Assembly (NCBI GenBank): GCA_002402325.1
Contig: DHFQ01000128.1
Span: 1-47,798, forward strand
Length of the DNA stretch: 47,798 nt
Direction of reading: 5' to 3'
Origin: Candidatus Aminicenantes bacterium UBA4820
Lineage (GTDB): Bacteria > Acidobacteriota > UBA4820
In this document: positions 9,652-17,607 of the stretch, piece by piece
Layout: every line of letters starts with the position of its first letter
How positions within the stretch are numbered: the stretch's first letter is position 1
Translations under genes and position numbers: made by a program
Notes under the pieces: model-generated
Seen by the model: only the letters and a program-made list of their open reading frames with translations
Database searches by the model: none
What the model was told of the DNA's origin: nothing

Positions 9652-10669
9652 ACTTTTCGAATCACCATTTTATGAGAAATTGGATGAAAACAAATTAAGG
9701 TGCACCCTTTGTAACCACAGATGCGTAATAGTCGAAAATAAGAAGGGGATTTGCAATGTAAGAAAAAATGTTGGAGGAAAACTCTACTCTTTAAATAAGA
9801 ATCTATTTATTGCAATAAATATTGACCCAATTGAAAAAAAACCCCTATTTCATTTTTTACCCGGCTCTTTTTCCTTTTCACTTGCAACTATGGGGTGCAA
9901 CTTTAAATGTCGTTTCTGTCAAAACCATGAGATAAGCCAGATTGAGGAAAGGGAGGTAGTGGGAAATTTCTTTGAATCTAAGGAGATTGTTGAAAAGGCA
10001 ATAGAAGAGGGGTGCAGTTCAATTTCTTACACCTACACCGAGCCAACAATCTTTTTTGAAACTGCTTACGAAATAGGAGTTCTTGCCAGGAATAAAGGAT
10101 TAAAAAATATTTTTGTTACAAACGGATATATTTCAAAAGAAGCAACGCTAAAAGCAAAAGAGTTTCTTAATGCGGCGAATGTTGATTTAAAAAGTTTTAA
10201 GGAGGAGACCTACAAGAAATACTGCGGGGCAACTTTAAAAGGGGTTCTTGAAGGAATAGACAATCTTCTTGAAGCGGGATGCTTTATTGAAATAACTACT
10301 CTTATAGTGCCGGGAGTCAATGATGGTGAGGATGAATTAAGGGCAATAGCAAAGTTCATTGCTTCCCGTTCAAAAGAAATTCCGTGGCATATTTCAAGAT
10401 TCTTCCCAAATTATAAGATGGAAAACTGCCATTCAACGCCACTTCCAACCATTGAGAAAGCATTTAAAATAGGCAAGGAAGAAGGGCTTGAGTATGTTTA
10501 TAAAGGAAATGTATGGGGAGAGGGAGAAAACACCTATTGTCCCGAATGCGGTGCTCTTTTGGTTGAAAGAAGGGGATTTGAAGTTTTAAAAAATTTGGTT
10601 GATAATGGAATCTGTTTTAGTTGTGGTAAAAAGATAAATGGTTTCTTTAGGAGGCAAAATGGCTTTTAA
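9635..10669 (+). CDS. AmmeMemoRadiSam system radical SAM enzyme
   Basis: N-terminal C-x2-C-x-x-C...GICNVRKN, DPIEKKPLFHF and the GCNFKCRFCQNHEIS radical-SAM cluster motif. Confidence 0.8.
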   Translation: MSTRSELFESPFYEKLDENKLRCTLCNHRCVIVENKKGICNVRKNVGGKLYSLNKNLFIAINIDPIEKKPLFHFLPGSFSFSLATMGCNFKCRFCQNHEISQIEEREVVGNFFESKEIVEKAIEEGCSSISYTYTEPTIFFETAYEIGVLARNKGLKNIFVTNGYISKEATLKAKEFLNAANVDLKSFKEETYKKYCGATLKGVLEGIDNLLEAGCFIEITTLIVPGVNDGEDELRAIAKFIASRSKEIPWHISRFFPNYKMENCHSTPLPTIEKAFKIGKEEGLEYVYKGNVWGEGENTYCPECGALLVERRGFEVLKNLVDNGICFSCGKKINGFFRRQNGF

Positions 10670-11084
10670 TTCTTTAAGAGATGAAGGTTCGCCCGTATCC
10701 GATATAAATGTTACACCGCTTGTTGATGTTATGCTTGTCTTGCTAATAATTTTTATGATAACAACACCACTTTTTGAAAGAGGGATAGATGTAAATTTGC
10801 CCCAATCTCAAACGACCAACATAAGCGGAAGTGAGAGAATAATACTAACGATTCCTCAAGATAAAAACTATGTCTATTTTAATTCTCAACCTGTCAACAG
10901 AAATCTTTTAAAAAGTTATCTTGAACAGATTTTTGCGGGAAGGCAGGATAAGACGATTTACCTCTTTGCAGATAAAAATGTGCCTTACGGTGATGTAATA
11001 AATATCATTGATGAGGTAAAACTTGCCGGAATTGACACAGTGGGACTTGCAACGGAGCCTTCAGAACAAAATAATAAGAAGTAA
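10659..11084 (+). CDS. ExbD/TolR family biopolymer transport protein
   Basis: INVTPLVDVMLVLLIIFMITTP TM signature. Start set at ATG 10659, which is preceded by AGGAGG. Confidence 0.85.
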   Translation: MAFNSLRDEGSPVSDINVTPLVDVMLVLLIIFMITTPLFERGIDVNLPQSQTTNISGSERIILTIPQDKNYVYFNSQPVNRNLLKSYLEQIFAGRQDKTIYLFADKNVPYGDVINIIDEVKLAGIDTVGLATEPSEQNNKK

Positions 11085-11086
11085 AG

Positions 11087-11803
11087 ATGACAGGGACTCT
11101 TCCCAGGCCTGTCAAGTCTTTTCCTTTTCATCAAAAGCAAAGAAACACATTCCCTCTTGCTATTATAGTTTCAACGATCGTTCATTTTTCATTTCTTTTT
11201 TTTCTGATCAATCAGGGGATAATATTTTCAAATATAGAAAAGAAAGATGTATTCATTGAGGTGAAAATTGTTGAACTTCCCTACGGAACGGGTGGTGCTT
11301 TATACGGCACTCCCGGCGGGAAATATGAATCAAGAAGCGTTGAAGCAAACACTCAAAAAGAAAAGCCCAAATTAACCCTTAAAGGCAAAGAGGAGAAAAA
11401 AGTCGAAGGAAAAAGCCCAATAAAAAACGGCGATGAAAAAGGTGTTGCCGTAGGACTTGGAGGAAAAGGTGTAGTTGGGCTTGGAGGAAAACAAAAGGGT
11501 CTACTTCTTGATGCCGCTGATTTTCCCTACGAGTGGTATAAGGCAAGGCTTGAGCAAACATTGAAGGCTAACTGGAGAAAGCCTTTGATGAACAAAAAAC
11601 TTGCCACATCAGTTCACTTTACAATACTTGACTCGGGGCGAATAGAAGATTTAAGAATAGTCAAGTCAAGTGGAAACAGCGAGTTTGACAAATCCGTTTT
11701 AAATGCAATTTATGATTCTGTTCCCTTTCCAAAATTCCCACCTCAATACACATCAGATAAACTTGGAGTTTTATACACATTTGAACTTGAAAAAGAAGAT
11801 TAA
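11087..11803 (+). CDS. TonB/TolA-like energy transducer (single TM, Lys/Gly-rich linker, TonB_C-like domain)
   Basis: N-terminal TM segment, a KEKPKLTLKGKEEKK linker and a C-terminal SGNSEFDKSVLNAIYDSVPFPKFP region. Confidence 0.75.
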   Translation: MTGTLPRPVKSFPFHQKQRNTFPLAIIVSTIVHFSFLFFLINQGIIFSNIEKKDVFIEVKIVELPYGTGGALYGTPGGKYESRSVEANTQKEKPKLTLKGKEEKKVEGKSPIKNGDEKGVAVGLGGKGVVGLGGKQKGLLLDAADFPYEWYKARLEQTLKANWRKPLMNKKLATSVHFTILDSGRIEDLRIVKSSGNSEFDKSVLNAIYDSVPFPKFPPQYTSDKLGVLYTFELEKED

Positions 11804-12018
11804 ATCCTCAACTTCCTCCTCCCATCTCAGGGGATGCTGGGAGGGGTTAAAACTTGTAGGAAACCCGCTCTTGTTCTCCCCCTGCGAGGAGGAGATTCTT
11901 CTTTTTATCCTGAAAGGAGGGGATGGTTCTTCTGTGGCTACCACCATTTTGCAATATATTTTTCTTTCATTGAAAGTCCAATGTCCAGAATATGTCTTTT
12001 GTCGAAGTGTCCATTCTT

Positions 12019-12642
12019 CTAAAGAAATGGATAGATTGAAAGAATTTTTGCCACGTATGATTTTGTCTCTTCAATTTCAGGAATACCGTTTGCGTTAACA
12101 ACCCTTCTAAGACCAGCATTGTATGCTGCGAGTGCAAGCCCAAGGTCTCCCGAACAGGCATCAAGCAATCTTTTTAAATACCTTACTCCCGCGAATATAT
12201 TTTCTTTTGGGTCAAAGACATTTTTTACTTTTTCGTCTTTTACAACAGAAGGCATAAGTTGCATAAGTCCCTTTGCCCCTTTTGGAGAAACAGCCTTCGG
12301 ATTAAAGTTTGATTCAACTTTTATAACCGCAGCAACCAATTTGACATCAAGTTGCTCCTGCTGACAGGCTTTTGCTATTATTTCTCTATAGGGGATTTCT
12401 TTGGGAAGAGATTTTTCTGGTTCGACATCTTCTTTTGGTGGGACATATCCAGAATAGGAAACAAGAATCAAATCTTTAGGGCAGCCAAGTTTGTTTCCAC
12501 CGGGAAGAAAAATTGTTGCGTAGTTGCCTTCGTATTCAATCTTTTCTGCCACGAGTGTCTTCTCTGATGTGAAAACAACAAGTTCCATTGAAAAAAGATT
12601 TAAAGATAAAGTTAAAAGGAAAAGCAAAAAGATTTTTTTCAT
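12019..12642 (-). CDS. lytic transglycosylase (SLT domain), secreted
   Basis: Signal peptide, then catalytic VIKVESNFNPKAVSPKGAKGLMQLMP and AAYNAG motifs. Confidence 0.85.
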   Translation of the reverse strand: MKKIFLLFLLTLSLNLFSMELVVFTSEKTLVAEKIEYEGNYATIFLPGGNKLGCPKDLILVSYSGYVPPKEDVEPEKSLPKEIPYREIIAKACQQEQLDVKLVAAVIKVESNFNPKAVSPKGAKGLMQLMPSVVKDEKVKNVFDPKENIFAGVRYLKRLLDACSGDLGLALAAYNAGLRRVVNANGIPEIEETKSYVAKILSIYPFL

Positions 12643-13442
12643 ATCAAATCCGCAAGAGTCCCAAAAAATCTATCTGAACCACTTTTTGCTGTAACCACAT
12701 AACTTTTATCAATAAGCAAATTTGGGACATCCTCTGGTTCAATGTTTTTGTAGATTAAAGAAACTGTTGCTGACATTCCCCTCTCTTTTTGAAGAAAATG
12801 GATTAAAGTTTTCAAAAGTTTATAATTTATCTTTTTTGTTTTTTCTTTTGAAGATGATCTGCCGGTAAGTTTATTGAGAGCGCTTGTCCAGAATGTATTT
12901 TTTTTGGGAGAGATGCCATTATATTTTTCAAATATTTCTATAAATCTTTTTAAATTCTCTTCTGAAACATACTCCATAACAGCAATTGAAGGAGAGGTCG
13001 GGTCAGAAGTCAAATAGAGTGCCGTGTAAATTCCCGGCTTATCCCATTTGATTGTTGGATCCACAGGTTCTACAGCAGAACCTGTAACAAGCCCGTATCT
13101 TGGATCAATTCTAAATAGAACGCTCTCTTTTTGAGCCACAAGATAATCTCTTAATCTTTTTGAAAGAGGGATTATGGCTCTGCTCGCTTCACTACTTGTT
13201 GAAACGATTATGAAGGTTTCAAGGATATCGCTTAAAGTTTCAAGTTCATCGAGAAGATAAATGGAAAGTTTTACTGGCGTTTCAAGATTTTCTCCCTGCC
13301 ACAAAGATTCAAGTTTTGCCTCTTTTAAAAATGTTTGTCTTGGAAGAAATCCAGTCCTTACATCTTTTTCATATTGCAAAAGAATTGTAAGGAAATCATC
13401 AAGTGGGAAATTGTCTATTCTTAAGGTCGAACCTTCTGCCAA
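12639..13442 (-). CDS. hypothetical protein (267 aa, no signal peptide or TM segment seen)
   Basis: Long ORF with a TTG start preceded by GGAGG (rc of 13448-13452). Its stop overlaps the SLT start (ATGA). No family recognised. Confidence 0.6.
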   Translation of the reverse strand: MAEGSTLRIDNFPLDDFLTILLQYEKDVRTGFLPRQTFLKEAKLESLWQGENLETPVKLSIYLLDELETLSDILETFIIVSTSSEASRAIIPLSKRLRDYLVAQKESVLFRIDPRYGLVTGSAVEPVDPTIKWDKPGIYTALYLTSDPTSPSIAVMEYVSEENLKRFIEIFEKYNGISPKKNTFWTSALNKLTGRSSSKEKTKKINYKLLKTLIHFLQKERGMSATVSLIYKNIEPEDVPNLLIDKSYVVTAKSGSDRFFGTLADLI

Positions 13443-13473
13443 AAAAACCTCCAGATTAAAATATGGACTATCT

Positions 13474-13908
13474 TTAAGAATTTGTCAAATTTTCAATAAT
13501 AATTTTTCTGTTTTTATTCAGGAAAAACTTTATGACTATTACATTTCTTGATGAAGTTCTAAAAAGTTTTTCGGCGATTTTATACCACTCAACCACAACG
13601 AGACCTTTCCCTGATAAAAGTTCATCAAGCCCTAATGAATAAAGGTCGCTAACCTTTTCAATTCTGAAAAGGTCTATGTGGTAAATCTCCTTTCCTTCCT
13701 TTGAAATATAATGCTGGACAATTGTAAAGGAGGGGCTTGAGACATCATTTTCATTAAATTTAAGATGCTTTGCAAGAAATTTTACAAAGGTAGTTTTCCC
13801 TGCTCCAAGTTCCCCATCAAGCAAAATTATCTCATCAAAAGAGATTTTTTTTGCCAACTCTCTTGCAACTTTTTCAGTATCCTTCAAAGAATTTATTTCA
13901 TATTCCAT
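13474..13908 (-). CDS. tsaE: tRNA t6A37 biosynthesis ATPase TsaE
   Basis: GELGAGKTTFVK Walker A motif. 144 aa. Classic position downstream of nnr. Confidence 0.85.
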   Translation of the reverse strand: MEYEINSLKDTEKVARELAKKISFDEIILLDGELGAGKTTFVKFLAKHLKFNENDVSSPSFTIVQHYISKEGKEIYHIDLFRIEKVSDLYSLGLDELLSGKGLVVVEWYKIAEKLFRTSSRNVIVIKFFLNKNRKIIIENLTNS

Positions 13909-15457
13909 TTCTGAGTTTTGATTCTGTAAGGGGAAGATTATTTGCTACATCTGAGGCGAGGATTCCATAACCAGTTTCTTTGAAAACAAACTGAGAAGAC
14001 AAACCGTGAAAGTATGCTCCTATCGATGCTGAATCAAAAGGGTTAATCTTTCTTGATAACAATGCACCAATTATTCCTGTCAAAACATCGCCCATTCCCG
14101 CACCCGCCATGTAACTTCCACCTGTTGAGTTTATCCTTAAAAAGCCGTTTTTATCTGCAATTAAAGATTTGTAGCCCTTCAAAAGAAGCGTTACCCCCCA
14201 CTTTTGAGCATACTCTGTTACAAGTTTATACCTGCTTGATAAAACATCTCTGGCACTTAAATCTAAAAGCCTTCCAAACTCTCCAGGGTGTGGAGTAAGA
14301 ACCCTTTCGCCCTTTTTATTTGAGAGTAAATCGCTTCTTTTAGAAAAGGCGTTTAAACCATCAGCGTCAACAACCATAGGAATTTTCGTCTCTGAATAAA
14401 GTTTTCTTGATAATTCAGAAGTTTCTTCTTCAGTTGAAATGCCTGGTCCAATTGCCACTGCATCAACATTTTCAATGAAATTTAACAAAATATTGAACGA
14501 GTTTAAAGAAATCTTTCCACTATCGGTTTCTTTAAGAGGAAGAGTCATCGCCTCTGGAACAGAAGAGGTTACAAAAGGGCACAAAGACTCAGTTGTTGCG
14601 ACTGTTACAAGCCCTGCACCGCTTCTTAAAGCGCCCTTTGCGGTTAGGATTGATGCTCCCAATTTTCCTCTTCCACCTGCTATGATTAAAAGATGCCCCA
14701 GATTTCCTTTATGGATATTTTTTCCTCTTTCGGGGAAAAATCTTCTTGCAAATTCAAAATCAATTAGTTGTGAATGGGGGGAAATCTTTTCAAACGCCCT
14801 ATCTGAAAGCCCAATCTCAACCTTTATTACTTCACCGCAAAACTCTTCACACTCTGGAGAGGCAAGCGGAAGTTTCAATCCCCCCAATGTTACCGTCAAA
14901 TCAGCCCTGACAGCAATTTGAGAAGGAAGGAAAGAATCACCCGAAAGACCACTTGGAATGTCCACTGAAACGACATTTGTCTTATGTGAATTTATTTGTT
15001 CAATTATTTTTTTATAAAATCCCTGAACCTCCCCCTTTGTTCCTGTTCCCAGAAGAGCATCAACGACTATCTTTGATCTCTTAAGATAACTTGAAAGGTC
15101 ATTTATAAAATCATCCTCATTTTGAAGAAGATGAACTTCTCCATCGTAATTTTCAAATTGAATTTTTGAATCCCTTGAGAGATCCTCCTTTTTTGCCGCT
15201 AAAAATAAAATTGGCGAAAACTTTAAATGGTGAAGGATTCTTGCAACGCAAATCCCGTCTCCGCCATTATTTCCCTTTCCAGAAATTATGAGACACCTTT
15301 TTATCTCATCTTCGCTAAAATTTTTAAGGATTTCATTAACCACCGCCTTTGCAGCGTTTTCCATCAAATACAAAGATGGAACACTCTCCTCTTCAATTGT
15401 TATCCTGTCAATCTCCTGCATCTGTCTTGATGTGTAAATATTCATCTTAAAAACCAC
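13898..15457 (-). CDS. nnr: bifunctional NAD(P)H-hydrate epimerase/ADP-dependent dehydratase
   Basis: YjeF N-terminal domain (GKGNNGGDG) plus a C-terminal carbohydrate-kinase-like domain (GGSYMAGAGMGDVLTG). 519 aa. Confidence 0.9.
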   Translation of the reverse strand: MVFKMNIYTSRQMQEIDRITIEEESVPSLYLMENAAKAVVNEILKNFSEDEIKRCLIISGKGNNGGDGICVARILHHLKFSPILFLAAKKEDLSRDSKIQFENYDGEVHLLQNEDDFINDLSSYLKRSKIVVDALLGTGTKGEVQGFYKKIIEQINSHKTNVVSVDIPSGLSGDSFLPSQIAVRADLTVTLGGLKLPLASPECEEFCGEVIKVEIGLSDRAFEKISPHSQLIDFEFARRFFPERGKNIHKGNLGHLLIIAGGRGKLGASILTAKGALRSGAGLVTVATTESLCPFVTSSVPEAMTLPLKETDSGKISLNSFNILLNFIENVDAVAIGPGISTEEETSELSRKLYSETKIPMVVDADGLNAFSKRSDLLSNKKGERVLTPHPGEFGRLLDLSARDVLSSRYKLVTEYAQKWGVTLLLKGYKSLIADKNGFLRINSTGGSYMAGAGMGDVLTGIIGALLSRKINPFDSASIGAYFHGLSSQFVFKETGYGILASDVANNLPLTESKLRNGI

Positions 15458-17243
15458 CAGACATAAGGCGCCACTGAATAATTTTGAGGTTTATCTCTCT
15501 CAATCTCTGTGTGAGAATTCTACAAAGAATTGAAAGAAATTGATAGGCAGATTCAATGTCAACGGATAAAATTTCATTTAAAACTTCTCTTGAAATTGTC
15601 AAAACAGTTGTCCCATTTATGTGTGCCTTCGCATCAGCAGAACGGGGCTCATTGTCTATTAAAGCCATTTCACCAAAGAAATCTCCCTTTTCAAGAATGG
15701 CGAGAGCCTCTTCACCAACGCCCGGAATATACTTTGTTATTCTAACCTTTCCATCAAGGATTATGTAAAGTTTATCTCCTTTATCTCCCTCTCTAAAAAT
15801 CAAATCCTCTCTGTTGTAGAGTTCTTCCTTAGAAAATGCTGCGAGGAGTCTCAACTCCTTTGCAGAAAGCCCTCTTTCTTGAAGAAGTTGAATTTTTCTA
15901 TCAAGTTCTATTGAAATTGCCTTTGATTTTGCAATTTCTTCCTGACTTAAAGGAGTTTTTTTTGAAGAGGAACTCTCTTCAAAAAATGTTTTTAAGAGGT
16001 TGTTTGCTTCTCTTGTCCTTATTGATAGTGATTTCCAGAAGTGCCAATAAAAATTGACGGCGACTTTCTTGTTTTCTTCAAAAAGAATCTCAAGGTCGCT
16101 TCTTTTTATTGAAAATAGCGAGCAATCCTCTTCACAAACAGCATCGGCACTTCTTGATGCAGGGTCAATGAAATTCATTTCTCCAAAAAAATCACCCGCA
16201 GAAATTCTTGAAAGAATCTGCTCTCCAAATGGGGTTTCCTTTCTTATTTTGATTGAGCCAGTTTCAAGGAGATATAATTCCTCACCTTCGTCGCTCTCAT
16301 CAAAAACTATTTCACCACTCTTTAATGACAAATTTTTAGCCCTTTTTGCTATAATAAAGAGGTGTTCATCATTCAAATCCTTCAAAAGAGAAAAAAATTT
16401 CAATCTTAAAGCCAGTTTCAACAACTCCTGCTTTGATTCATCTTCAATTTTTGGCTTTATAAGTTCTTTTACCCCTTTAATTCCCGTTTTTCCAATAAGG
16501 GACTCCTTTTCAACATCAAGAGATTTTACGCACTTATTAAAGAGTTCAAGCCTTGATTTTACAAGTTCATTTCTCGCAACTTTGCTGTGGATTCCAAGTT
16601 TATCGAGAAGAAATTTGAATTTCTCAACTATCTCTGAAGGAGTATCGCTATTTGAAACATTATCAAGTATCATTGAATCGGTAATGGAATTGAGTGAAGC
16701 CCTAAAATTTTTTAAATAGAAAAAACTTTTTCCAAGAAGTGCGTGTGCTTCAGAAAGGAATGGATCAACCGCAATTGCTATTTTTGATTCTTTTAAGCAG
16801 TTAGAGAAATCGTTATTTTTATAGTATGCCTTTGCCAGTTCAAGCCTTGCCTGAGGATTGTTTGGGTTGTGAAAAAGTGAAAGCCTGAAAAATTCTTGTG
16901 CCTTCTCAACCTGTCCCTTTTTTAAAAAGATAATACCCATAGAAAAGAATTGACTTGAAAGGCAGTCCATCTTTGTTCTTTCATCTTTGAATTTCTCAAG
17001 GAGTTTTTTCTTCTCCTCCTCATCCCTTTCCTTTAATAAGTTTCTTGTCTTCCCCAAATTGATTTTTAAGGCAAGACTTTCAGGATAGAGTTTTATCGCT
17101 CTTTCATAAAGTTTGACTGCTTCGTCAAGCCTCCCCTGAACTGCAAACTGATTTGCAATCTCGCAAAAGTCATCGGGACCAAGGTCAAAAGTCTCATCTT
17201 TCTTCTTGATTTTTCCTTCATTCTTTTCCAATGCAACCTCCAT
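15447..17243 (-). CDS. TPR-repeat protein with two C-terminal cyclic-nucleotide-binding domains
   Basis: TPR-like N-terminal half, then two cassettes: FFGEMNFIDPASRSADAV and FFGEMALIDNEPRSADAKA. Confidence 0.8.
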   Translation of the reverse strand: MEVALEKNEGKIKKKDETFDLGPDDFCEIANQFAVQGRLDEAVKLYERAIKLYPESLALKINLGKTRNLLKERDEEEKKKLLEKFKDERTKMDCLSSQFFSMGIIFLKKGQVEKAQEFFRLSLFHNPNNPQARLELAKAYYKNNDFSNCLKESKIAIAVDPFLSEAHALLGKSFFYLKNFRASLNSITDSMILDNVSNSDTPSEIVEKFKFLLDKLGIHSKVARNELVKSRLELFNKCVKSLDVEKESLIGKTGIKGVKELIKPKIEDESKQELLKLALRLKFFSLLKDLNDEHLFIIAKRAKNLSLKSGEIVFDESDEGEELYLLETGSIKIRKETPFGEQILSRISAGDFFGEMNFIDPASRSADAVCEEDCSLFSIKRSDLEILFEENKKVAVNFYWHFWKSLSIRTREANNLLKTFFEESSSSKKTPLSQEEIAKSKAISIELDRKIQLLQERGLSAKELRLLAAFSKEELYNREDLIFREGDKGDKLYIILDGKVRITKYIPGVGEEALAILEKGDFFGEMALIDNEPRSADAKAHINGTTVLTISREVLNEILSVDIESAYQFLSILCRILTQRLREINLKIIQWRLMSGGF

Positions 17244-17301
17244 TTTTAGAAGAGAGTAGTTTAGTTTAAAATGGGTTTAAAGGTCAATAGTAAAAAAATA
17301 C

Positions 17302-17330
17302 TTGACAAATTAAAATTTTTGAAGTATATT
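17302..17330 (+). promoter_or_regulatory. sigma70-like promoter P1 (TTGACA-17-TATATT)
   Basis: TTGACA at 17302-17307 and TATATT at 17325-17330, with a 17-nt spacer. Confidence 0.5.
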
Positions 17331-17389
17331 AAAGTTGAGTTTGAAGAAAGGAGGTGTTTAAAGGTAAATTGACAATTGCAAAGAACCTC

Positions 17390-17418
17390 TTGACATTCTC
17401 TTTTGATTTTTGTATAAT
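17390..17418 (+). promoter_or_regulatory. full-consensus sigma70 promoter P2 (TTGACA-17-TATAAT)
   Basis: TTGACA at 17390-17395 and TATAAT at 17413-17418, with an exact 17-nt spacer. It lies about 50 nt upstream of the small ORF. Confidence 0.65.
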
Positions 17419-17469
17419 TGCATTTGGTAAAAATATGTCCCTTAAACTTTTATGAAGGAGGGATTGAAA

Positions 17470-17607
17470 ATGGTGAGATTGAGAAAAGAATGGGAGCAAG
17501 CAGGCAGAAGATGGCCCAATGTAAGAGGAGACCCTAACGGTAAAGGAAAAGGAAAATTGGCTATGTTTGGTTTTAACTTTTTGAAATGTAAGGAGGTAAA
17601 GAGATGA
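17470..17607 (+). CDS. candidate 45-aa basic upstream ORF (MVRLRKEWEQAGRRWPNVRGDPNGKGKGKLAMFGFNFLKCKEVKR)
   Basis: Translated by hand because it is below the ORF-track cutoff. GAAGGAGGG at 17454-17462 lies 7 nt before the ATG. Its TGA stop overlaps the ATG of the 1285-aa gene (ATGA at 17604-17607). An in-frame ATG at 17452 would give 51 aa. Confidence 0.4.
   Translation: MVRLRKEWEQAGRRWPNVRGDPNGKGKGKLAMFGFNFLKCKEVKR

Noticed and set aside
11455-11495. Short tandem duplication CTTGGAGGAAAA...CTTGGAGGAAAA inside the TonB-like gene
   Set aside because: It encodes the GLGGKG-VV-GLGGKQ low-complexity linker. This is ordinary linker repetition and not a separate element.
11703-12098. 131-aa and 62-aa plus-strand ORFs (11703..12098, 11834..12022) and a 65-aa minus-strand ORF (11967..12164)
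   Set aside because: They overlap the TonB-like and SLT gene ends and run through the GC-rich spacer. The products are rich in Cys, Arg, Phe and His and match no motif. The region is treated as non-coding (see the small-RNA finding).
14439-14921. 160-aa plus-strand ORF inside nnr
   Set aside because: It is antisense to a confidently identified, motif-bearing gene. The Ser/Pro-rich product is typical of the antisense frame.
16054-16719. 221-aa plus-strand ORF inside the TPR-cNMP gene
   Set aside because: It is antisense to a gene with two clear cNMP cassettes. The product is extremely Ser/Phe/Leu-rich and low-complexity, with no SD.
17348-17356. AAGGAGGTG Shine-Dalgarno-like sequence between the two promoters upstream of the LVIVD gene
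   Set aside because: No ATG, GTG or TTG lies at a suitable distance, and a TAA follows in frame. It is probably fortuitous.
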